In this document: positions 54,841 through 64,000 of the stretch, in pieces
How the letters are laid out: each line of letters opens with the position of its first letter
How positions within the stretch are numbered: position 1 is the first letter of the stretch
Source: Camelus dromedarius
Taxonomy: Eukaryota
DNA length: 64,000 nucleotides
Direction of reading: 5' to 3'
Assembly (NCBI RefSeq): GCF_036321535.1
Contig: NC_087437.1
Span: 84,632,001-84,696,000, forward strand
The notes under the pieces: generated by a model
Seen by the model: the letters and a program-made list of their open reading frames with translations, nothing else
Databases searched by the model: none
Told to the model about the DNA's origin: nothing
Translations under genes and position numbers: made by a program

Positions 54841-56270
54841 TACCACTGCTGTTATTACCTGAGCATCTCTTTCCAAGGATCTACATTTCTGTGTGATTAT
54901 GTCCATCTTCCACAGAATAGTTAGTATTTAAAGGCTCCAGACCAGCTGAACACTGGTTAGAGTATCTTGGATCAGCATTAGGCATTTCATTGTTTTGTTG
55001 TATTCTGCTAAAAAAAAAAATAATATGTAAAAATTAATTCAATTATTTGTTATAGAAAATTTAAACAAATAGTCTTTAAAGGAAATGGAAATTAGGTAGT
55101 ATAAAAGGAAAAAAAGCATACATTAAGAGTTATTTTTAAGAAATAATTTATTAAAGCACTTCCGAGAGCAGACAATAAGTGGGAAGGCACTAGGACAGCC
55201 TCCCAACAGTATATTCAGATAGTCATTCCCATATATAAACAAGCAATGTGTCTGCCTTACAAATACAAAGGAATTCATAAAGCTGCCAGCATAATTGAAT
55301 TTCCAGCAAGAAAATGATTTAAAAAGTGCTTAAGTATACAGAAAAAATGATAAACAAGGAAACCATTATTAAAAAATGATTATTTGAGAGAGAAGCCATA
55401 ATTTTATTGTAAAGATCTTGTTACACAAGCCTTTTATCCAATTAACATTCTAAATATATAGGTAGAATATATCAAGTTGGTTATGTTCAGTGTTATCACC
55501 AGGTTTTATCAATTCAGTATTTGATTAGGCAGTATACTTTGAAGTGTACCAGTTGGATAGGGAATTTCAACATTTCTGTGCATTGGTTTGCTATATATTT
55601 TTTAATACACTTAAAGTGCTGTTTTTAATGGAATTTTTTTTTATAAAAGTTGGTATGTAATCTTGGAAGTGTCTTATCTTTGAGACAGTTGTTTTCTTTC
55701 TTTGAGATTTCAAAACAGGGACATAGAAAGGAAAGTCTCAGGTGAAAATTAAAAAAAAAGAAACAGAGAAGAAAGGATAAGAAATGAAATAAAAGAACAG
55801 AAACCCTGAACTGTTAGCATTCACTATTGCTTGCATCTAAAAATATTTTTAAAATGACTAACTTGCGTTAATTTCTACATAATTCCTGTAATTCTTGTTC
55901 ATTCTTATTTGTTGGGAGTTTAAAATAAGAATGGCTTAAAATATAGTCATAGTATTTTATTAAGATTTAAAAATTTTTGAGCTAATGAAATCTTTTTTCC
56001 TTTTTTATTCCACTTACTATCTTGTTTCTGAATGTATACTCTATGCTGCTGTTCCTTTTACAATTATACACAAACTCTAAAACTTGTTTCTCTGTGAAAG
56101 AATGCAAAATACCTCCCCTTACAATAATTTATTTTATTTTGCTTAACAGTTCACAATTTCAATGGAAAACATTTGTCTTGTACCTCTGAATTTAGATACG
56201 ATGAGGTAAATAATCCATAATTAACATATTATAAAAGTGGATTTCAGATTGGACAACTGGAGGGATGGCA

Positions 56271-57064
56271 ATGCCTGATGGAGATCAGGAACCAGGTAGC
56301 TACTATGTGGGTGTGGACGTTGAGACAAGTAGTGTCCATGAGGGGCTGGTGGACCAGAGGGGCACCCTCTTGGCTTGCATAGACCAGCCAATTAATCAGT
56401 GGGAGCCTCAGTTCAACAACCACGAGCAGTCCTCCAAGGACAATCTGGGATAAGTGTTGTAGAGAATGTTGCACAAGGGGTCAATTTAAAAAAAAAGTTT
56501 TAAGACTTGGGTTTAATGCCATATGTTCTCTGGTTGTTTTGAATAAGCAGTTTCATCCTTTACCAATGAACCATGTAGGGGATTCCCTTCACAATGTCAT
56601 TATGTTTCCACGACCACCAGTCAGTCAGTCAGGTCCACAGGATCACGGAAACCAAACACAGCATCCTGCAGTACACTGGGGGCCTGGTGTCCTTGGAAAT
56701 GCAGGCCCTGAAGATTCTGTGGCTAAAAAAGAACTTGGGAGAGACTTGCTGGGATAAGGCAGCACATGTCTTTGATCTCGCAGACCTCTTATCATGAAAG
56801 GCAACAGGTGTCACAATAAGATCTCTTTGCTCCCTGGTGTGCAAATGGACATACTTGGCAGAGAAAGGCCGGGACAACAGTTTCTGGAAGATGACTGATT
56901 TGGGAAGACTTGATTTCAGACAATTACAGCAAAATAGGAAACCAAGTGCTGCCTCTTGGAGCTTCTCTTGGAAATGGGCTCACTTACACCAGAGGCAGCA
57001 AAGGACCTTGGCCTGCCCGCTGAAATTGCAGCTTCACTTACTGATGCCCATGCAGAAGGACTAG
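56271..57064 (+). pseudogene. FGGY: Processed (intronless) pseudogene of FGGY carbohydrate kinase domain-containing protein, N-terminal ~267 codons
   Basis: Successive frameshifted pieces: [114 protein letters not shown]...AASL.DAHA.GLG. These are colinear with mammalian FGGY, have no introns and contain multiple stops and frameshifts. Confidence 0.95.
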
Positions 57065-58149
57065 GTACTCTCTTACCCCACGTCCACCACCAACACTATG
57101 TTCAAATGAAATGTTCTCTAGAACTGAAGACAATCCTTTTCTGGTTTTACAGCAAAGATCAAGAACTGGTGATTCAAGATATAGTAAAGAAAAGCCTTTT
57201 TACAGTTAGGCATTTGGATAGAATTACAGAACTTTTCATCAAATATACAGTTCATTTATAACTTTATTAATTTCTCCATACAAAATAACAGAAAAATGAT
57301 CTAAATAAATATCTGGATGGTTTGTTGGTTTATGCCATAATTTGAGAAAGATACGTTAACTTCCAGGTAGGATGTATGATGATGGTGTACTTACCTGTAC
57401 TAATTTTTTCTACAGGTACTCCAAAACCCTTACAAGTCTAACTTTTATTTTCATGATATGTTGGCTTACATGCTACGTCCAATTACTTGGGTATGTTCTT
57501 GATTTCATCTTCTAAGCATCTCTCCAGCCTAGCATTCATATATTTATTTATTCATTCATCAAAGACCTATTAAACACTTAGTTTGTCCCAGGTAATGTGT
57601 TAGGGGACAGTGAGCTTAATAAAAAACAACAACAACAACAAAAAAAACCTAGGTCTCATCCCCAAGTGGAAGGCAGACAATGAGACAAGGTTTACAGTAA
57701 AGTGTAATGACTCCATCCTCTTCTTCATCCTTATGTATGTTTTTGGTTGGGTACAGTGTTAGATTCTCAATATTTCCCACTTCAGCGATAGCTGTGTCTT
57801 TTTCCTAGCCTCTCTTGCTAACAGGGTTTCTGTTTAAATTATGGTTCAAACTTCATGAGATCAACTTAGTACATCATGACCACTGGATTTTCAGAATAGA
57901 ATGAACTGACCAGAGTAGAAATTATCAAATATGTCTCACACAGTAAGGGTAAGCATTATTTCTGTGGAACCTATGTTTCCATTTTTATTTTATGCATCTC
58001 TGTGTGTATACCGGGCCATAATGAAAATAAAATTTTTACTGTGGGTCATGGTGCAGAAAACTTCAAAACATATTTTATTTCATACTTCATATTACAGCCA
58101 AGAGTTATCTGTCAGATGCTTACATCAGACGCTACTCTCAGAAGTCTGT

Positions 58150-58525
58150 CTGTGCATTTTCACCGCCATGTCTTTGCACATGTGTTCCTCTGCATAGAAT
58201 GACTGGTTCTCTGTTTTGCCCACTAGCTGACTTCTACTCTAACTTGAAGAGCCCTCTTAGATGCTTTCTCCTCTGTATAGCCTTTCACGGAACATTCATA
58301 TTTATTTTGAAATTCTCTAAGTTATACTTGTTTTTAGCACTTTTACCTACCCCTACTGAAGAAATGATTGTTCTGTAATTGCTTTTTATTTTTTCTCTGC
58401 TCATCTTTTCCACTAGACTACAGCTCCTTGAAGTCAGGGACATTATATTATTCATCTTGCATAACCTGTGCTGAGTCCTGTGTATGGTTGTTATAGGTGC
58501 CTGATAAATGTATTAAATGAATGAA
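58150..58525 (-). mobile_element. L2 3' fragment
   Basis: CCACTAGACTACAGCTCCTTGAAGTCAGGGAC...TAGGTGCCTGATAAATGTATTAAATGAATGAA resembles the L2 terminus. Confidence 0.7.
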
Positions 58526-58554
58526 GTCACATTAAAGCAAGGAAAAAAAAGTAG

Positions 58555-58711
58555 GGGGGGAGGGTATAGCTCAAGTGGTAGAGTGCATGCTTAGCATGCA
58601 CAAGGTCCTGGGTTCAATTCCCAGCACCTCTTCTAAAAAATAAATAAATAAACCTAATTACCTCCCCCTCTAAAATATATATATATATATATATAAAAAT
58701 TTAAAAAAAAA
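58555..58711 (+). mobile_element. tRNA-Ala-derived SINE (camelid vic-1 type)
   Basis: A box TAGCTCAAGTGG, B box GGTTCAATTCC, AGC anticodon region and an AT-rich tail. TSD GAAAAAAA(A)GTAG at 58542-58554 and 58712-58723. Confidence 0.9.
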
Positions 58712-60093
58712 GAAAAAAAGTAGTCACCTCTGCTTTATTCACTAATGCAAGGTATTTAAAAAGTGGGCTCTTATTTTAAATTTAATATATTCTATTTGAA
58801 ATATATAATGCGGTTTTCATACTCTACTAATACAAAATTATTTGTATCTATAATCCAGTAATTAACTATACTCTACTACTCTTTTTTCTTGCTGCTACAA
58901 CTAATAACATAGGCATTATTTTTCAGGCAATAATACAAGTGAAATTGAGAGCAGTCTTTTAATACTTTTTCATTTTTATGCTCAGTACTTAGGTAACAAT
59001 ATTATTTTTATTGAATAAATTTTCCTTCAGTAAAGCAATTTGTTTTCCTTTTGAAAATGTTAAGTGATATGTATTAAAGTATCTACACTTTTAGTAATTT
59101 TGCAAGAATGGGGATCATATAAATTCTAGAAGTAGGTTCACTGGGCTTTGAAAACTACAATTTGTGCTTTTCCATTAATGCTAAAATGACTATTTCATAT
59201 ATGAAGTCTGGATGTGTAAATTAATTTTCTTTTCCATAAAACTGCTTTGAGGCCAATAGAAGATAAACAGATTTACTAAGTAATTTTAATAGGAGTCACA
59301 TTGTTATAAAAAAAAATTGTCACAGTCATTAGGTAGATTTGAAAAATTTGATCCATGAATTTTCTTACTGTTGATGTAAAGTGTGTTCACATTTGAAAGG
59401 TACATAATAGGCAGTGTATAGTTATTCTAACTAGTAATTAAACAAATAATTGTATAGATAAATATATAAATTGTAATAGAATTGGCTAATTGTATTAGAA
59501 ATGAAAAAAAAAATTAGTCATATTTAAACTAATTTAGCCATGTTTGAATTTAGGGAAATGTTGAAAGCATAGTTATATCTTACTTAGCTTTCTGGATACT
59601 ATAAGAGTAAAAGAGACAATGTCTGTGAAAAGGTGTCAATCTATTTGAGAGCAAAAAAAATAAATAAATAAAATTGTACTTGGTTTAGGTGTACTCCAGA
59701 AGCAGAAATTGGAGTGAGCAATTGGATGCAAGACTGTGACCTTGCTCTCAGGAAAACATGTACAGGAACGAGAGAAGCAGGATAGGGATGGCAGAGGAGC
59801 TCTGTGAGAATGCGTCTTCAGATGAGGTCTAGCTGATCATGGTGAGATCATTTGTAAATGTAATTTGTGCTGCCGTGTCTGCTCACACTTGAGACAGGCC
59901 AATGGCGCATATATACCTCCATCCAAGTCGGTTATTGCCTGTGGAGTTGTGCGACCAGTGTGGGGGGTTGCAGCATAAATACCAGGACTACAGGGGTAGG
60001 CAGCTTCCATCACCAAAGGGTATCCTCCAGAAGGTTTTGCAGTGAGACGTAAGTCTCTGTATCTGCACCAGCAGCAGCAAGGGGTGGGGACAC

Positions 60094-60897
60094 TGCATTA
60101 GTTTCCTTTTGGTGTTGTAGCAGGTTACTAAAAATACAATGTCTTAAAGAAGACTAATATATTATCTTACAATTCTGGGGGTCAGAATGGGTTTTACTGA
60201 GATGAACCAAGGTGTTCTGCTACTTTTTGAAACTTCACTTTATGCCACTTTGCTTTTATGAAGAGCTAACTCTTTTTGCCAAATGAAAAAAAAATCCAAA
60301 TTTGATTTTTGCTTTTATGGAAAAAAGTGAAAATAGCAGCCAGCATTTGTTTTGCTGGGAACTGTCATAGAGGTGCCAACCTCCTTCCCCAGGAAGTATA
60401 CTCAGCATCTCAGCATCAAGCCGCCACAGCTTTGAACTGTGTCTGTGAGCATCTGTGCTTCTCCTTGATTTATTTTGTGGATGCATCAGCAAGATGTGTC
60501 CTAGGGTAATTCGTTCTTCACTTTATGCCCTGTGGTTTACAAAAGGTTTCATAGGAATGCTCTATTTTCAGATAGTGGGGGAGATCCCGCACTGCATTTC
60601 TTCTGGAGAGTAGGGAACTATCCATTTTCTTGCCCTTTCCAGTTTCTGGAGGCTGCCTGCATTTCTTGGCTCATGACCAGTTCCTCCATCTTCACAAGCA
60701 AAGTGTAGCATATTCCAAACTTTCACTGAATCTGATTCTCAGCAAACACTTATGTTTATTCATTTAATGGAAATAAAGGTAAAACATAATCTGAGTTTAA
60801 AAGATTTATTCTCAGAAATGATTTGATGATGTAACACACTCACAGGTTCTGAGAATTAGGACAGACATTTTGGGGGCCAGATTTCAGTCCACCACAG
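60094..60897 (-). mobile_element. MLT1 LTR split by a MITE
   Basis: TGCATTAGTTTCCT...ATCTTACAATTCTGGGGGTCAG, resuming CCAGTTTCTGGAGGCTGCCTGCATTTCTTGGCTC and ending TCAGTCCACCACA. Confidence 0.8.
60213..60590. mobile_element. TcMar-Tigger-type MITE (Laurasiatherian, possibly Tigger9-like)
   Basis: Repeated subterminal CTTCACTTTATGCC (~60233 and ~60516). End AAAGGTTTCATAGGAATGCTCTATTTTCAGATAGTGGGGG. Subfamily name is from memory. Confidence 0.6.
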
Positions 60898-61745
60898 GCA
60901 CCAAGAGACTCAGCTATAACAACATCCATAACAAGTCATAGTAGTCACACAGAGATGTACTCTTCAGAAGCTAAAAATTTTCAAAAATTAAGAAGTAGAG
61001 CAATCTGTATAAATGTAAAAAAAGGGTTAAGTCTCATACGTGACTGTTTCTTTCTCAACACCATGTCCCTGCTGTGAAATTAAGCAGCCTGCATTGTCTG
61101 GAACTGGGAGTATCAGTCCATGCTTCTTCTATTTAGTAAAGAGCAAATATTGGTATGCTTGTTTTGTTTCTGAGCATATGAGTTAGCAGATAATAAAAAT
61201 ATAATGAGCTATGTTTGTTTTATTTCTAGTTCTGTCACTAGAGTACTAAACTGAGAAAAAGCAGGGAGAAAAGGCAACCTTTTAAATTATTTATGGTTTG
61301 GAAGAATATATGTGGATATAAATTCTTTCTGTATTACATTTAATGTAGGTTAAATATATCAATCCTCAGAAAATAAAGCCTTGGCGACATTTGTTGGAAA
61401 CAGAAGGAGTAGTGAGACATCTATGTTTAAGTTCCAGTTGTAACTGACTTTAAACAACAGCAGTGCCAACGATAATAATTTAAGGAATCGGAATCTTATC
61501 CTGAAAAGTCCAGAGTAGAGTTTATCTCAGACATGGCTGAGTGTAGGTACTAAGATGGTGTTACCAGGTTTCAGCCTTGCTGTCTCTTTTCCTCATTTAA
61601 GAGATGGATTATATTCCTTTTCTTTCTTTTAGCAGTGGCAAATTAAATGTAACCATTACTGGTTTCTTTTACCTTCCAATCACTCCAAGCACATATACAA
61701 AAATGACCCAACTGTGCAAACATAAAGTCCTGGAAAATACCCATT

Positions 61746-62045
61746 GTGATTGTCTGAATAATGTCCTGTTCTAATCCCTGGAACTTGTGAAAGTTAACCT
61801 TATATGACACAATTAATTATTTTGAGATAAAAGTTTATCCTGGATTATCTGGGTGGGTCCTAAATGAATTCTTAAATATCATTATAAGAGGGAGACAGAG
61901 GGAAATATGAGACAGAAAAGGGGGTGATGAGACCGCAGAGACAGGGGTTGGAGTGAGGCAGCCACACATGCCACGGAATGCTGGCAGCTCTCAGAAGATG
62001 AAAGAAGCATAGGATGGAATCTCCTCAGGGTCTTAGGAGAGACTT
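61746..62045 (+). mobile_element. MLT1 LTR fragment
   Basis: CTAATCCCTGGAACTTGTGAA...TTATCCTGGATTATCTGGGTGGGTCCTAAATG...GGAATGCTGGCAGC. Confidence 0.8.
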
Positions 62046-64000
62046 TTTGTGTTTGTCAATTAGTCGTTGTGACTGAAAAATAGTTTTGATTGACCTGGCC
62101 TGGTTTATGTGTGAACAGCTTGAGCAGAAGTATCAGATGGACTGAAGTCTCATGGATTGAAAGTCAGAGAGGGACGTTTTTCCAAAGTACACAGAGCGCT
62201 GGTTTCAGAAACTGGGTGAGTGGGAGCTAGGCATTCATAAACAGCAGATGTGTATGACATCTGGCTCTTGATGAATGTGGCTAGTATATTCCCATGGGCT
62301 TCAAGGTTGTGTTGGTGTGAAGGTAAGATCTTTCTTAGGAAACATAATACTGCAAAGTGGGTGGACAAAGGTAAAGATTTGTCTTATCTCTCCCTCTTCT
62401 TCTTCTCTTTCTCTTTGAAATCAGAATTCAGTTTAAAACCAAATTATATATACATATATACTAGTGGTGGTAGTTAATACGAATGATTTGTTTTGTTATC
62501 TAAATTTTTTACAGGCTTAAAAAAGGAATTTCACATAGGGTAAAAAAATCACTTATCAAATATGATACTAAATGTTTATTTAAAATGTAAGTCAAAAGTA
62601 TGCAATCTGAATTTAGTAACACATTTTTTTATGCCACCATTAAGTAAATATTATACACATACTGAAAGAATATAACTTGAATCCAGAGCCACCACAATTT
62701 GATCTATCAAGTGTCCCACATATTTCAATCCAGTCCTTAATATGTGTTTCCCCTTTGGAACTATTTTTATGTTTAAATGTTACACTTGTTGATACACTAA
62801 ATTGTCCTCAGAAATGCTACTTTCTCAACCTTGTGCTTACATTCCCTTTCAGTCTTCACTGCTTCCTCATTGTTGAGGTATCAGCTGTCACTTTTTGCAT
62901 CTTCACTGACTCTAGCAGCCATATGAAATATATCATTTGAAATTTATATACCATATATCCATTTTCATAGGCCCTTGAAAATGCTTGTTTATAATCTGAT
63001 GTATAATCCTTGGAATCCAGATAATGAGTTAAATATATAAAACATAAAAATTATAAACATCCTTAATGAAAGGAAGCACTGAGGGGAATTCTCTTTAAAA
63101 ATTGCATCAGTTTAAATCTATACCTGTTAGGTATCTATTTTGTGCCTCCCAAAGATTTGTTTCACTCCTTTGTAATTTCTTTGTTGTTTCATACTTTGTG
63201 TGTGTGTATGAGGTTTAACTTGGCATTGGACAAATTTTTTATACATGCACATTACAATGACTAGCATAAAGAGGGTTCAATATTAGTACTTAATAAATTG
63301 TTGAATGTGTAAATGAAGGAATTATTCTATTACAAATTTCTATAGTAACCCAGTGTTGCCTGTAAATAGGAATATATCAATATCCACGTTTGACATAGGA
63401 TCCAAGACACATGGAAGATTAATGGGTTTTAAAGGTCATATAACAAGTAACTGGCATACACTTTGAAGTACTTTGCCTTACACAAAGAAACTACGGGTAG
63501 CCTTAATGAATACAAGCAGAAAAAAATACTTGTTCAGGAATCAATATATGGAAGGTAATAGAAAATTTAGAACATTTTATAAGAAACTTAAATTTAAGAA
63601 TACCTGTCAGAAGCAGTGCATCTTGCATAATTCATTATGTACTCTTACAATGTGAAACTGTTTATAAGGTTCTAAAATGAAAGGTAATAGGTGTAGCCTA
63701 ATGCATAGGCATCCCTCTTTTCCTATTTAATAATGTTTCCTGCTTACAATTTATTTTCATAGTATTTTGTAAAATATTACAATATTTTACTCTATATTCA
63801 ATGTATAGGAAGAAAAAAAATCCTTCCCTGAAATGTGTATATGTCAGCTTATAAATCACTCTTTTAGGAAAAGAGAATATAAATTCTGAGAAAGCCCAAC
63901 ACACATAAACATAGCTTTGAATAGAGATGTACAATAATAATAAATAATCTACATTTTACCTACAAATTATTTTTATTCGAAATTATGTTTGATGTTATTG

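Larger units (their letters stand above)
59673..60935. mobile_element. Old ERVL/MaLR-type LTR, outer element of a nest
   Basis: LTR-like GC-richer sequence at 59673-60093, apparently resuming after 60898. Family uncertain. Confidence 0.45.

Noticed and set aside
56271..57064. Functional FGGY gene, or a bacterial sugar kinase from horizontal transfer or contamination
   Set aside because: It has multiple stops and frameshifts, the peptide follows mammalian FGGY closely, and it sits among mammalian repeats.
57385..57420. Adjacent minus-strand donor (CAG|GTAAGT) and plus-strand acceptor (TTTTTCTACAG|G)
   Set aside because: No supporting ORF or partner site, and such motifs are expected by chance in 64 kb.
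57618..57648. AATAAA plus (CAA)n/A run as the retrocopy polyA tail
   Set aside because: It appears to lie inside an L2-like fragment and no TSD follows.
58557..58632. tRNA-Ala gene
   Set aside because: It has an AT-rich SINE tail and a target-site duplication.
56233..58766. AAAAGTGG (56233-56240 and 58759-58766) as the TSD of the FGGY retrocopy
   Set aside because: Only 8 bp, A-rich, with no polyA before the right copy. It could easily be chance and cannot be resolved without an empty-site alignment.
1..64000. The many 60-120 aa ORFs in the track as novel genes
   Set aside because: They have low-complexity AT-driven composition, many use non-ATG starts, and the recognisable ones are L1, Tigger, ERVL or FGGY-pseudogene fragments or their antisense frames.
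1..64000. CRISPR-like or other regularly spaced repeat arrays; CpG island
   Set aside because: No repeat-spacer periodicity was seen. Dispersed repeats are explained by L1 ends and LTRs, and CpG is depleted outside young TEs.

Overview
AT-rich, CpG-poor mammalian DNA, most likely camelid (Camelus/Vicugna/Lama). The taxon is inferred from a tRNA-Ala-derived SINE of the camelid type at 58.6 kb and from my seeing no ruminant Bov-tA/BovB or pig PRE-1 elements. I found no intact protein-coding gene, no RNA gene and nothing prokaryotic such as CRISPR or an operon. Much of the window is transposon debris: young and old LINE-1, several ERV solo LTRs, MaLR/ERVL LTRs, an ERVL pol relic, a near-full-length Tigger1, MITEs, MIR and L2. 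The main non-TE feature is a processed pseudogene of the FGGY carbohydrate kinase (56271-57064). Its homology stops at a G|GT site that matches my recollection of an exon end in the parent gene, so it may be a fossil of an intron-read-through, truncated isoform. Other leads are an L1 whose 5'UTR is fused directly to the 3' part of ORF2, a cluster of similarly truncated L1 3' ends, and a possible minus-strand promoter/first exon near 46 kb. Repeat family names come from recalled consensus sequences and need Dfam/RepeatMasker confirmation. I do not see a convincing novel multi-gene system.
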